DNA of 64,000 nt. Source: Hypanus sabinus (Eukaryota). The stretch spans positions 9,858,001 through 9,922,000 of the forward strand of contig NC_082731.1 in the NCBI RefSeq assembly GCF_030144855.1, written 5' to 3'. Below are positions 50,939-64,000 of this stretch, piece by piece. The notes under the pieces are model-generated. The model worked only from the letters and a program-made list of their open reading frames with translations, ran no database searches and had not been told where the DNA came from. The translations under genes were made by a program, and so were the position numbers. Every line of letters begins with the position of its first letter. Position 1 is the first letter of the stretch.

Positions 50939-51419
50939 GGGACTTCATTCAAGCTTATTTATCCAGAAGCCCTGGATAAACCATGGGATACGCAATCTCC
51001 TGAGGTCTAGCGACCATTGTAAGGTACAAAACTTTCACATACGATCTCCGGAAAATCAACTCACGGCACAACGTGGCAATTCCGGACAAAATTTGAACCA
51101 CGGAAGGATGCTCGACCGCTGTGGCAAGGATTTAATGTCATCTCCTCTTACAAAGCGAAAACACGCGACCTGGGTTATAACAACGCTGTCAGGATGCTGG
51201 AACAGGGATTCAATCGCAGACCCAGTACTGTGCACACAGTGATATTAATCGAGTAACACATCCTGAGGAGCAAACAAAGTCGGCGTCGAAGTTCAGGCAG
51301 AGATGAAAACATCCAGAGAAATCCAAAAACTAGAATTGGCGAAACAGACCGAGTCACTAAGACGGATAGAGTACAGATAGAAATATTGAAAGGCTCAGGA
51401 AAATTCACTGGCACAATCT

Positions 51420-52580
51420 GACAACAAACAGTTTAAAACACAGGACTGAAACACACTGAGCAATAGACAGAGAGGCAGATGAGGTGGAGCACAATGAGAC
51501 GGAAGTGGCAACATGTGACGAGATAAGAAACTTTATTCAATATGGACTGTTCCTTTAAAAGGAGAGAGTGTGCTGATTGAGAGAGAGAGAGAGAGAGAGA
51601 GAGTAACGAACAGCTCATAAGTTGCCATGGTTACGCAGGGCGGAGCCATATGACGGACGGCTGGTGTTCAGCCTCTGTGGAATATATACAAGATCAACTG
51701 GCTTTGTAGCAGGCACACAAGACACACGGAAGACACGCAGAAATACAGAGAAACGGACACTGGGTTAGTTTTGTGTGCCCACGGAAAGGGTGGGTTTGCT
51801 CATAATGTGGAAAAGGGGTGACCGGTGGAAAGCTATCGGAGTGTTTAACCCCTGCCTGGATTGATATATTTACCACGTGATTCGACGGCATCGNNNNNNN
51901 NNNNNNNNNNNNNNNNNNNNNNNNNNNNNNNNNNNNNNNNNNNNNNNNNNNNNNNNNNNNNNNNNNNNNNNNNNNNNNNNNNNNNNNNNNNNNNNNNNNN
52001 NNNNNNNNNNNNNNNNNNNNNNNNNNNNNNNNNNNNNNNNNNNNNNNNNNNNNNNNNNNNNNNNNNNNNNNNNNNNNNNNNNNNNNNNNNNNNNNNNNNN
52101 NNNNNNNNNNNNNNNNNNNNNNNNTCTACTCAACTCAATATTACGAACTGAACTGACTTCATACCTATACCATCGAAATACTGAATCATTTAGCACCTGA
52201 GCTTGGAGAAATTTTGGAACTTTATTTACTCGCTTTTATATGCATAAACTCTGCTAACCTGTTTGCCTTATCTTGTTTTATATTATTATTTTACGTAGAT
52301 ACTAATAAAATAGAGTTTGCAACAGAAGACACAGATGTGTTCCATTTCTGCTGCTCCTTTTAACCGGTTACGGGGTACGTAACACAGCAAAACAGGTAAT
52401 TATGAGAAAGAGGTAAGAGGCGGAGTACTCAGTGATACAGAGGCAGGAGTAGAGCAGGAGCGGGGACAGGAGCACATGGGGCATGGAAACAAACAAGAGC
52501 ACATGGCAATACAAACCCACAGACTGACGGTTAGGGGCTAAACACACAAAAAGACAAAGTTCAGTTGGTGTTACTGACAA
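51420..52580. mobile_element. Probable nested solo-LTR-like sequences spanning the second gap
   Basis: Inner segment starts TGTGACG (51514) and ends ..GGTACGTAAACA (about 52384) with an AATAAA. Outer segment ends TACTGACA (TGTCAGTA on minus). Contains (GA)n at about 51579-51604. Confidence 0.35.
51894..52124. other. Assembly gap (N run)
   Basis: 231 N. Confidence 1.
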
Positions 52581-52699
52581 AAGCTTAGTTCCCAGAGCGA
52601 CTGAATGCCTCCTATGTTCGTTTTGACCATCAAAACATGGATGAACCTTCATGAACTCTGACAGACCACAGATTGAGTACCTGGCTGAGTATTAAAAAT

Positions 52700-53790
52700 A
52701 TGTGCTGATCATGGCTGATGTGTTCACCGATAATTTTAAATTCTCACTTCGGTAGTATGAGGTGCCTCCGCTTGTTTTTAGTTTGAGAAGATTCGCCCTG
52801 TCATCTGAAACTCTAACAAACTCTGTAGATGTATGGCGGAAAGTATATTGACTGGTTGCATCACGACCTGGTACGGAAACAGCAACGTACTTTAACGGTA
52901 AGACCTACGAAAGGTAATGGATATGACCCAGTGTATCAAGGGTAAAACTCTCCCCACCATAGAGCACATCTACACGGAGCACTCTCACTAGAAGGCAACA
53001 TCCATTATCAAGGACCCCCATCACCCGGGCTATTCTCTCGTCTCGCTGCTGCCCTCAGGAAGAAGGTACAGGGGCCTCGGGAATCTCGCCAACAGGTTCA
53101 TGAGCAGTTAGTGTCCATCAGCCATCAGGCTGTTGATCCATTTGGTATAGCTTCACACACTCCATCACGGAACCGTTCCCACAACCCAATGATTCACTTT
53201 CAAGGACTTATCATTACAATTTGTTTATTTCTCTTTTTTGTATTTGTATAGATTGGTCCATTTTGGACATTGGTTGGCTGTTCGTCCTGTCGGGTACAAT
53301 CTTTCATTGATTCTGCTGTTTCTTGGATTTACTGAGAATGCCCAGAATGAAACGAATCTCAGAGTTGTATATGCCGATATATGTTTTTGATATAATAAAT
53401 TTATTTGAAACGTGGACTTTGTAATTTAACACTAACTCCTATGAACAGTCATGCCATTCACATTATTGAAAACACAAAGGTTCCCAGTACCAATCCCTCT
53501 GGAACAACAATTAGCACCTTCTAAAAATCTGAGCGCAAAACTGAGCGTGAAAGGAAGTCATTTCTGCCTGTGGCCATCAAATTTTACAACTCCTCCTTCG
53601 GAGTTTCAGACACCCCGAGCCATAGGCTGGCCCTGGACTTATTTCGATTTGGCATAATTTACTTACAATGATTTAATTATTTATAGTTTTATATTGCTAT
53701 GCTTCTACACTATTCTTGGTTGGTGCGACTGTAACGAAACCCAATTTCCCTCGGGATCAGTAAAGTATGTCTGTCTGTCTGTCTGTCTGC
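52700..53790 (+). mobile_element. Rex1/Babar- or L2-like 3' fragments, ending in (TCTG)n
   Basis: ILTGCITTWYGN and DPHHPG..LFS.LPSGRRY-type remnants; CCCTCGGGATCAGTAAAGTATGTCTGTCTG tail. Confidence 0.6.
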
Positions 53791-53999
53791 CAAATCACAG
53801 AAAACCCCTTCTGAGATCACCCGAAACCCACATTTTAACACCATTCCCTGAATCAAATAGGCCTTAACATTTTAGATTATATTCCTAAAATAGACCTTTT
53901 ACTGGCCTTACTGATGTCAATGTCAAGCATATTTATGATGGTACCACACCCATTGGAGCCAGGTTGGATGTAATCAAGACCATTCTGGAGGCTGAAGAT

Positions 54000-56900
54000 A
54001 TTACAGATGAGACTTTATAGAGATGTTCATACCCAGTGTATAGCCTTTGGACAGTAGACTTGTGGCCACCAGGAGAGGTTGGGGATTAACAAGTTAGTGC
54101 AGGGTTCCCCTGTGGCCATTCTCCTCAGCAACAAGTACTCTCCTTTGTATACTACCGGGTGTGGGTGGCCATCGGATCACGGCAGAGTGACAGCAGCAAT
54201 GTGGCCGGCTCCGAGTCCTGACAGGGAAGGGTAAAGTTCGGCACTGCTGTTGTAATAGGGGACTCGATAGTTAGGGAGAGAGAAAATAGATTCTGTAGCC
54301 ACAAAACAAGTCACTAGGATGGTGTGTTTCCTCCCAATTGCTGGGCTCCATGATGCATCTTACGGCTGCAAGATATTGTCAAGCGGAAGAGGGAACAACC
54401 AGAGCTCGTGGGAGATGTTAACAACAATGACATAGAAATGGGGTGATAGCCCGTATGATTGAGTGGCTGCAGAGATGGTGCAAAGGGCAAGAGTTCAAGT
54501 TCAAGTTGAAACCTTTTCTGAGGAAGGGGAGACCTGTACAAGGCAGACTAATTGCATCTGAACTGGAGCAACACCAATATCCTGGCCGCAAAAACTTGTT
54601 GCTGCTGCTTGGGAGAGCTGAAACTATTTTTGCAGGGGCTGGGTAACGGATACGCAGGTCAGTAAGGGAAGGATCGAAGCAGAAGGTAAATGTCAAGGAA
54701 ATTATTGGAAGTCGAAATGCATAGAATGCTGGGTCAGATAGTTCGAATTGTGCATATTTTGATGCATGATGCATTATGCGTAAAGATGATGAACTTAGAG
54801 CATGAATCAGTACATGGAATTACGATGCTGAAGGCTTTACTGAAATTTGGCAGAGAAGGGAGAAGGATTGTATGATTAATGTACCAGGTTTTCAAAGTTT
54901 TAGAAAATACAGAGGAGGAGGTTAACGAGCGAGTGGAGTTGCACTATTAATATCACAGCTGCACTCGAAAGAGTCAGATACTGAATCCATTTAGGTGGAA
55001 TTCAGGAGTAGGAAGGGTGCAATCACACTGATAGGAATGCACTACAGATCCCCGAATAGGCACCGATAAGTTGAGGAAGAGACATGCAACCAGATTAAGG
55101 AAATGTGTAAAAATAATAGGGTGGCTGTCATGGGAAATTTCAATCTCTCGTGTGTAAACTTCGACTTTCAGATGGGGCTGAATTTGTTAAATATGTCCAG
55201 GAAGGTATCCTAAATCAATATGTAAGTGGTTGAACGAGCGGAGCAGCAATACTGGAACTTGTGTTGGGAATCAGTCTCGCCAGGTTACTGACCTTTCAGT
55301 CGTTGAACAGTTAGATAACAGTACTCACAACTCCTTAGCTTTCAAGGTAGCTTTGGGATAGATGTGGTCCTTCTGGGAAAGTTTTAAAATGGAGTAGGAC
55401 AAATGATGAGAGCATTACCCAGTAACTCAAAAGCTTTAATTGGGAAAACCTTTTCTCTCGCAAGTCCAGATCAGACATGTGGAGGAGGGTTTAAAGATCA
55501 ATTGCACAAAGTATAGGAAAGGTTTGTTCCCATCAGAAGGAAGGAGAGGAATGGAAAGTTCAGAACACCATGTCCAGTGAGGTGATGAACTAAGTAAGGA
55601 AGAAGAGGAAAAAGTATTTAAAGCTTTGTAAGTCGGGGTCAAAAAAACTCACGAGGAGTATAAAGAAGCCGAGGAGCCATGAAATGTCATTGACATGCAA
55701 GATTAAGATAAATTCCCAGGTATTCCATACATACATCAACAGTAAAATGATAACTAGGGAGAGGGAGGAACCAGTCATGGATAAAGTGGGCTGGGGGAAA
55801 TTGGAGTGCGTTTCTTAACGAGTACTTTGCTTCAGTATTTACTAAGGGAAAATATATGGTGGACCATTAGGTAAGTACTGTGTGTCTAAACACGTTAGAG
55901 CATTTCGAGGTCAAGGGAGAGGAAGGGTTGAGCCTTCTAATGACTATAAAGGTGGATAGGTCAGATCCTAATGGGATTTACCCCAGGCTTTTGAATGAGG
56001 CAAGGGACGAGATTACTGGGCCCCTAACAAGTGCCTTTATGTCCTCCCTAACCACACGCAAGGTCCCAGAGGACTGATGAGTGGATAATGTTGTACCTCT
56101 TTTTAGGAACTGAACAAAGAAAAATCCTTGGAACTATAGATTGGTTGGTCTCAAATCAGTTGTAGGATAATTGCTGGAGAAAATTGTTAGGGATAGGATA
56201 CATGAACTTCGGTTAACCGATGGTCTAACTAGGGAGAGCCAGCATGGCTTTGTTTGTGGCAGGTCGTGCCTTATCATCTTGATTGAGTTTTCTTTTGACA
56301 AGATGATGAGAGAGATTGCTGAGGGTAGGGCAGTGGCTGTTTTCTACATGGTTTTTAGTAAGGCTTTAGACAAAGGCCCTCATGAAGACTAATCCAGAAG
56401 ATTAGATGCATGCTTTGCACAGTGAATTGGCTGTTTGGATTCAGCACTGGCTTGCACATAGAAGAGAGAGGGGAGTGGTCAAGGGAGCTTATTCGAGTTG
56501 GAGGTCTGTAATAATGGAGTTCCGCCAGGATCTGTGAAGGAACCTCAGCTGTTTGTAATATATACAAATGACCTAGATGAAAATGTAGGTGGGTGTGTTA
56601 GTAAATTTGTGGATGATAATAAGATTGGTGGAGTTGTGGATAGTGTAGAAGACTGGCAGAATACAGCATGATATGTATTAGTTGCAGACATGGGCTAAGA
56701 AATGGCAGATGTAGTTTAACCCAGATAAATGTGAAGAGTATCACCTCGGTGGGACAAATGCAAGGTCCCCAACAATGTCGTTGAGCAGAGCAAGCTCATA
56801 TCTACTTGAAGATGGATCCACAGTTGATAAGACATATAGAATGCTTGCTCAAGTTTGTCTTGGCATTGAGTTCAAAAGTCAGGAGGTTATGTTGTAACTC

Positions 56901-57470
56901 TATAAAACTCTGGTTAGGCCACACTTGAAGTATTGTGTGTAATTCTGGTCACCCACCATAGAAAGGATGTTGAGGCTTTGGAGAGGGTGCAGAAGAGGTT
57001 TATCAGGATACTGCCTGGATTAGAGCTTTGACAAGAGGCGAGATAAACTTAGCTGTTTTCTCTGGAAGGTCAGAACTTCAGGTTTACTGAACTGACAGCG
57101 GTGTACGAGATGATGAGGAGCACAGATGGAGTATGCAGAGTTTCTGGTCCCCAGGGTTGAAATGTCTAATATCCGAGGGCATGCGTTGAAGGTGAGAGGG
57201 GCAAGGTTCAAGGGGAATGTGAGAGGTAAGTTGTTTACTCAGAGAGTTGTGGATGCCTGGAATGCGCTGCCTGGTGTGGTGGTAGAAGCAAATACAGTAG
57301 AGGCTTTTTAGAGATATTTGAAACAGCGTATTGATGTAAGGAAGATGGAGGGATATGGACATAGTGTAGGTAGAAGGGATGACTGTTCGGGTGTTTCTGA
57401 TTTGTTTTGTAGCTGGTTCGACACAAAATTGTGAGTTGAATAACCTGTTCCTCTGGTACTCTTCTAAGTT
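54000..57470 (+). mobile_element. Old near full-length CR1 (ORF1 esterase remnant plus ORF2), heavily decayed
   Basis: VVIGDSIVRG at about 54250, then endonuclease, RT and C-terminal motifs broken by many stops and frameshifts. Confidence 0.8.
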
Positions 57471-58802
57471 CTATGTCCTATGTTCTGATACACAATTGCC
57501 TTCTTTAAAATAAATACAGATTCATCACTGAGATGTGCCCTTGACATAACCGGTACCCCTGGCTGATCAGATGACCCCAACAACTCCATCCCCATACACA
57601 CTATTTCCAAGTTTATCAATCCAAGATTTACGAAACTGAAGTACCACCTCCTCTTTGGCATCTCTTCTTGTTTTTATTGAAAAAAGAAGATTTATACCCT
57701 GTTGCCAAATTACCCAATATTCAATCGTGTGACAATAAAGGAAATAAAATCTTAATCAAAATCAAAGTCTGAATTAAAATGTTGTCTTCGATTACCTCAG
57801 TAATTGGATTCCTTGCATTCAAATCGAAGAAAATTAGCTTTGCATTCTCTCTCCTCTTCTTTTATCCGCCACTTCTACCAACAGGTGTAATGCACTTCAT
57901 CCCCTTCAGGTGAACCTGAACGTCCAACTCTTTTCCCTGCAGATATCCTTATTAGGTGGTTGCAAGTTCCTCCATGATTTACGAGATGATTTTGAATTTA
58001 GAAGATCAGTTTCAATTCGTCAAGGTGAACACAGAAGGGGTTCATCAGTTTGCTGGTAACAGAATTGAGAACATGGAACATGGAATAGTACAGCACATTA
58101 TAGGCCGATCGGCCAACGATGTTGTGCCGACCCTTAAACCCTGCCTCCCATATAAACCCCCACCTTAAATTCCTCATCCACCTGTCCAGACAGCAAGACA
58201 ACACGACGTGATACACTTGGGCAATATTATCATGTATATGAACCGAGAGGAAAATATGCTTGCTGGAAATGAGGGTGAGTTTCATAGGGTTGTGTTTCTG
58301 GAACGTTAGAATTTTTTCCCGCAATGAATTAAAGACAAATAGCACTGACATAACATCAGACGTTCACGTGCTTGTGAGACCAAAGAGTCCATGGCAATCC
58401 CGCACACTGTATGGACGCAGTGCATGGTAAATAGAACAAGAAAGGAGCTGCACCAGGAAAAGGAAAAAGCGTAGATACTGTTTATTTCCCTTCAATAGAT
58501 GCTGCCTCGCTTGCCAAGTTTCTTCTGCTTTCAATGCCTGTTGCCAGGATTATGTTTAGGCGTGTTGCTGTAGAATTAGGTGAATGAAAAAAAAATAACA
58601 GCAGAGCTTTGATAGCATGGAAAGAGCTAATTTCAAAACATATTTGCCACTGCATTAACAGCCAACGACATGAGTTGGAATCCAAAAACTCGAGAAATTA
58701 AGATAATCATCTCAGTATAAATGAACGTCCTTATTTTAAAGTCAGCTTTAGAAGAACACAAGGCATGAGCAAAAAAATACGGAATAAATACACAAAAAAT
58801 AA

Positions 58803-58895
58803 AAACACAAAATGCTGGTAGAACTTAGCAGGCCAGACAGCATCTATGGGAGGAGGTACTGACGACGTTTCGGACCGAAACCGTTCATCAGGAGA
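58803..58895 (-). mobile_element. Short Penelope-derived terminal fragment with hammerhead core (58864-58891)
   Basis: Minus strand: CTGATGA-ACGGTTTCGGTCC-GAAAC-GTC; closely matches 44678-44770. Confidence 0.65.
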
Positions 58896-59217
58896 TGAAA
58901 TACAGGCTTGGTTTGCTCGTGTCCTTTTGGAAAGAATATCTGCTCTCCTTTCCTAGTTAGAGTTGGTGCCATAAATTTGACTTCTTGACTAGGACTGATC
59001 TACACTCCTTCTCTTTAGAAGATAATAATCCATGTTCATTGGATCCAAGCGGAAAAAAAATTTGAAACCATAATAATTCTAACTGGGGATCCCCAGTTCT
59101 AATTTATTGACTGAAAGATAATTCATTTTAGGTACACCCATTACTGCCATCTATTGATCAATGCTGGTATATAAAGGCGAGGTTTTTAGCATTTTTGTCT
59201 ATATTCTCTTTCCATTT

Positions 59218-62200
59218 AACCATATAACCATATAGCATTCACAGCACGGAAACAGGCCATCTTGGCCCTCCTAGTCCATGCCGAACCCTTAATCTCACCT
59301 AGTCCCACCTACCCGCACTCAGCCCATAACCCTCCACTCCTTTCCTGTCCATATACCTATCCAATTTTACCTTAAATGACACAACTGAACTGGCGTCTAC
59401 TACTTCTACAGGAAGCTCATTCCACACAGCTATCACTCTTTGAGTAAAGAAATACCCCCTCGTGTTTCCCTTAAACTTTTGCCCCCTAACTCTCAAATCA
59501 TGTCCTCTAGTTTGAATCTCCCCTACTCTCAATGGAAACAGCCTGTTCACGTCAACTCTATCTATCCCTCTCAAAATTTTAAATACCTCGATCAAATCCA
59601 CCCTCAACCTTCTACGCTCCAATGAACAGAGACCTAACTTGTTCAACCTTACTCTGTAACTTAATTGCTGAAACCCAGGTAACATCCTAGTAAATCGTCT
59701 CTGCACTCTCTCTAATTTATTGATATCTTTCCTATAATTCGGTGACCAGAACTGCACACAATATTCCAAATTTGGCCTTACCAATGCCTTGTACAACTTT
59801 AGCATTACGTCCCAACTTCTGTACTCAAAGCTTTGATTTATAAAGGCCACCGTTCCAAAAGCCCTCTTCACCACCCTATCTACATGAGACTCCACTTTCA
59901 GGGAACTATGCACAGTTATTCCTAGATCTCTCTGTTCCTCTGCATTCCTCAATGCCCTACCATTTACTCTGTCTGTTCTATTTGGATTACTCCTGCCAAA
60001 ATGTAGAACCTCACACTTCTCAGCATTAAACTCCATCTGCCAACGTTCAGCCCATTCTTCTAAACGTCATAAATCTCCCTGCAAGCTCTGAAAATCCACC
60101 TCATTATCCCCAACACCTCGTACCTTAGTATCATCGGCATACTTACTAATCCAATTTACCACCCCATCATCCAGATCATTTATGTATATTACAAACAACA
60201 TTGGGCCCAAAACAGATCCCTGAGGCAGCCCGCTAGTCACCGGCCTCCATCCCGATAAACAATTATCCACCACTACTCTCTGGCATCTCCCATCTAGCCA
60301 CTGTTGAATCCGTTTTATTACTCCAGCATTAATACCTAACGACTGAACCTTCTTAACTAACCTTCCATGTGGAACTTTGTCAAAGGCTTTGCTGAAGTCC
60401 ATATAGACTACATCCACTGCCTTACCCTCGTCAACATTCCTCGTAACTTCTTCAAAAAAGTCAATAAGGTTTGTCAAACATGACCTTCCACGCACAAATC
60501 CATGCTGGCTACTTCTAATCAGACCCCGTCTATCCAGATAATTATAAATACTATCTCTAAGAATACTTTCCATTAATTTACCCACCACTGATGTCAAACT
60601 GACAGGTCTATAATTGCTAGGCTGCCTTCTAGAACCCTTTTTAAACAATGGAACCACATGAGCAATACGCCAATCCTCCGGCACAATCCCCGTTTCTAAT
60701 GACATATTAAAGATCTCCATCAGAACTCCTGCTATTTCTACACAAACTTCCCTCAAGGTCCTGGGGAATATCCTGTCAGGACCCGGAGATTTATCCACTT
60801 TTAAATTTCTTAAAAGCGCCGGTACCTCCATCTCTTTAATTGTCATAGGTTCCATAACTTCCTTACTTGTTTCCCACACCTTAGACAATTCAATATCCTT
60901 CTTAGTGAATACCGAAGAGAAGAAATCATTCAAAATCTCTCCCATCTCCTTCGGTTCCACACATAGCTGACCACTCTGATTCTCTAAGGGGCCAATTTTA
61001 TCCCTCACTATCCTCTTGCTTTTAATATAACTGTACAAACCTTTCGGATTTACTTTCACCTTATTTGCCAAACCAACCTCGTATCTTCTTTTAGCTTTTC
61101 TAATCTCTTTCTTAAGATTCCTTTTACATTCTTTATATTCCTCGAGCAATTCCTTTACTCCATGCTGCCTATATCTATTGTAGACATCCCTCTTTTTCTG
61201 AACCAAATTTCTAATATCCCTTGGAAACCATGGTGCTCTCAAACCTTTAACCTTTCCTTTCACCCTAACAGGAACATAAAGATTCTGTACCCTCATAATT
61301 TCACCCTTAAATGACCTCCATTTCTCTATTACATCCTTCTCATAAAACAACTTGACCCAATCCACTCTCTCTAAATCCCTTCGCATCCCCTCAAAGTTAG
61401 CCTTTCTCCAATCAAAAATCTCAACTCTAGGTCCAGTCCTGTCCTTCTCCATAATTATATTGAATCTAATGCTATTGTGATCACTGGACCCGAAGTGCTC
61501 CCCAACAAATACATCTGTCAGCTGACCTATCGCATTCCCTAACAGGAGATCCAACACTGCCCCATCTCTAGTCGGTACTTCTATGTATTGTTGCAAAAAA
61601 CTATCCTGCACACATTTCACAAACTCTAAACCATCCAGCCCTTTTACAGAATGAGCTTCCCAGTCTACGTGTGGAAAATTAAAATCTCCCACAATCACCA
61701 CCTTGTGTTTACTACAAATATCTGCTATCTCCTTACACATTTGCTCTTCCAACTCACGCGCCCCGTTAGGTGTCCTATAATACACTCCTATCAGTGTTAC
61801 TGCACCTTTCCCATTCTTCAATTCCACCCAAATGGCCTCCCTAGAGGAGCTCTCTAATCTATCCTTCCAAAGCACCGCCATAAGATTTTCTCGGACAAGC
61901 AATGCAACACGTCCTCCTCTGGCCCCTCCTACTCTATCCACACCTGAAGCAACTAAATCCAGGAATATTTAGTTGCCAATCACACCCTTCCTGCAACCAG
62001 GTTTCACTAATAGCTACAACATCATAATTCCAGGTATCAATCCACGCTTTAAGCTCATCCACCTTTCTTACAATGCTCCTAGCATTAAAATAGATACATT
62101 TAAGATACTCTCCATCTCCTCCTCTCTTTCCATCCCTAACAATGCATTCAAATTTATTATCCTTTTCTTTCTTCTCCCCTACATCTTCGGGCTGAGCGCA

Positions 62201-62935
62201 TCCCTTCTCCATCACCTGCCTTTCCTCCCTCACACACTGTCTATTTACTTGCTCCACTGGTGAACTAACCTCCTCTCCCATAGTCTCCTCAAATAGTCTC
62301 CCGCCCCCCATCTTACTAGTTTAAAGTCCGCCCTGTAGCCCTAGCAAACCTCCCCGCTAGGATATTGGTCCCCCCACGATTCAAGTGTAACCCGTCCTTC
62401 TTGAACAGGTCACTCCTGCCCCAGAAGAGGTCCCAATGATCCAGAAACTTGAATCCCTGCCCCCTGCTCCAATCCCACAGCCACGCATTCATCCTCCACC
62501 TAATTCTATTCCTACTCTCACTGTCGCGTGGCACAGGCAGTAATCCCGAGATTACTACCTTTGCGGTCCTTCTTCTTAACTGCCTTCCTAACTCCCTATA
62601 CTCTCGTTTCAGGACCTCTTCCCCTTTACTTCCTATGTCATTGGTACCTACATGTACCACGACCTCTGGCTCTTCACCCTCCCACTTCAGGATATCTTGG
62701 ACGCGATCAGAAACGTCCCGAACCCTGGCACCAGGGAGGCAAATTACCATACGGGACTCCCGGTCACCTCCACAGAAACGCCTGTCTGAGCCCCTGACTA
62801 TTGAGTCCCCTATTACTATGGAGCTCTTTCTTCTAACCCTACCCTTCTGAGCTACAGGGCCGTCCTCTGTGCCGGAGGCTCGGCCACTGTCACTCCCACC
62901 AGGTAGGCTGTCCCACCCAACAGTACCCCCAACAG
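59218..62935 (-). mobile_element. Young, nearly intact CR1 LINE (5'-truncated ORF1 esterase plus endonuclease/RT ORF2)
   Basis: ORF1 with IVIGDSIVRG and VVVHVGTNDIG ends at 62316. ORF2 spans 62311-59299 with only one 1-nt insertion (about 61940) and one TGA (60067-60069). YADD motif, ATATGGTT tail. Confidence 0.95.
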
Positions 62936-62939
62936 TAAC

Positions 62940-64000
62940 AGTATCTGCTAACATGTTGTAAACATAATTATTATACTCACCATATGATTCAGAGTAGTCT
63001 GCCACCAATTTTAAGAGTGTGCTAGGTAAGCTCCAGAACTTACTTTCAGTAACATCAGGGTCTCTACACTGTAGAACATTACGGTTTAAAGAACGAATCC
63101 AAGTCATTGGCTGTTCCACTCCAAATGCTAGCAGGAAGGTTACTGAATTCAGCTTGCATTGGTGTATTGCATGGCAGTGATCACTCCACATGCAAAATCC
63201 ATGCCGTTCCACATCACGCTGAGTAGCTAGGTACAATACCTTCTCACAAAATACATTGAATAGAAAGTAAAGCATTCAACACAATCACCCTGAGTAGGCA
63301 TTCAACACAAACGAATGCACAGTTCACTTTTGCCTAAAGGTGATATGTGCCAACATGATATAAACATTATTATTATACTCACCATATGATTTGGAGTAGA
63401 TTGCAACCAATTTTAAGAGTGTGGTACCTAAGCTCCAGAAGTTGCTTTCAGTAACATGAGGTTCTCTGCGCAGTAGAACATTACCGTTTACAGAACTCAA
63501 CCAAGTCATTGGCTGTTCCACTCAAAATGGTACCAGGGAATTTACAGAATACAGCTTGGATTGGTGTATTCGATGGCACAGAGCACACCACATTCAATAT
63601 CAATACAGTTCCACATCACTCTGAGTAGTTAAGTACACAAATTAATCACAAAATGGATTGAATAAAAAAGTAAAGCATTCAACACAATGGAGTGTTCAGT
63701 TCAATTTTGCATAAAAGAGGTATGTGCTAATATGATGTAAACATTATTATTATACTCACCATATGATTTAGAGTAGTCTGCACCCAATTTTAAGAGAGTG
63801 CTACCTAAGCTCTAAATGTTACTTTCAGTAACATCAGGTTATCTACACGGTAGAACATTACCGTTTACAGAACTAAACCAAGCCATTGGCTGTTCCACTC
63901 AAAATGGTACCAGGTTGGTTACTGAATTCAGCTTGCATTGGAGTATTGTATGGCACTGAGCACTCCACATTCAATATCTATACAGTTCCACATCACCCTG
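62940..64000. repeat. Tandem repeat of about 377-402 bp units (at least 2.7 units; runs off the window)
   Basis: Anchor CTCACCATATG recurs at 62976, 63378 and 63755, with collinear similarity between units. Confidence 0.93.

Overview
Eukaryotic, repeat-rich DNA from a cartilaginous fish (elasmobranch; species not determinable from sequence alone). The core is one complete, unrearranged IgNAR (heavy-chain-only antibody) cluster on the + strand, about 15.2-42.8 kb. It runs: octamer+TATA promoter, leader, one type II V (CDR1 Cys29), three D segments, one J, C1-C5, secretory tailpiece, TM1 and TM2. The RSS arrangement obeys the 12/23 rule: V-22 / 12-D1-23 / 12-D2-22 / 12-D3-12 / 23-J. Every coding segment is open except C1, which carries a net 34-nt frameshifting insertion and an independent TAA. 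The cluster is therefore either a young pseudogene or encodes a C1-skipped IgNAR. Other notable points: four N-glycan sequons in the V loops, a terminal Cys codon in all three D segments, and an acidic Ser-Gly motif in the membrane spacer. The flanks contain a duplicated ~2.7 kb decayed unidentified ORF upstream, many CR1, Rex/Babar, RTE, Penelope and LTR-like remnants (including hammerhead ribozyme cores), one nearly intact CR1, a ~380-400 bp tandem repeat at the right end, and two N gaps. Ig exon and RSS coordinates were read base by base; transposon boundaries are approximate and family calls come from remembered motifs, not database searches.
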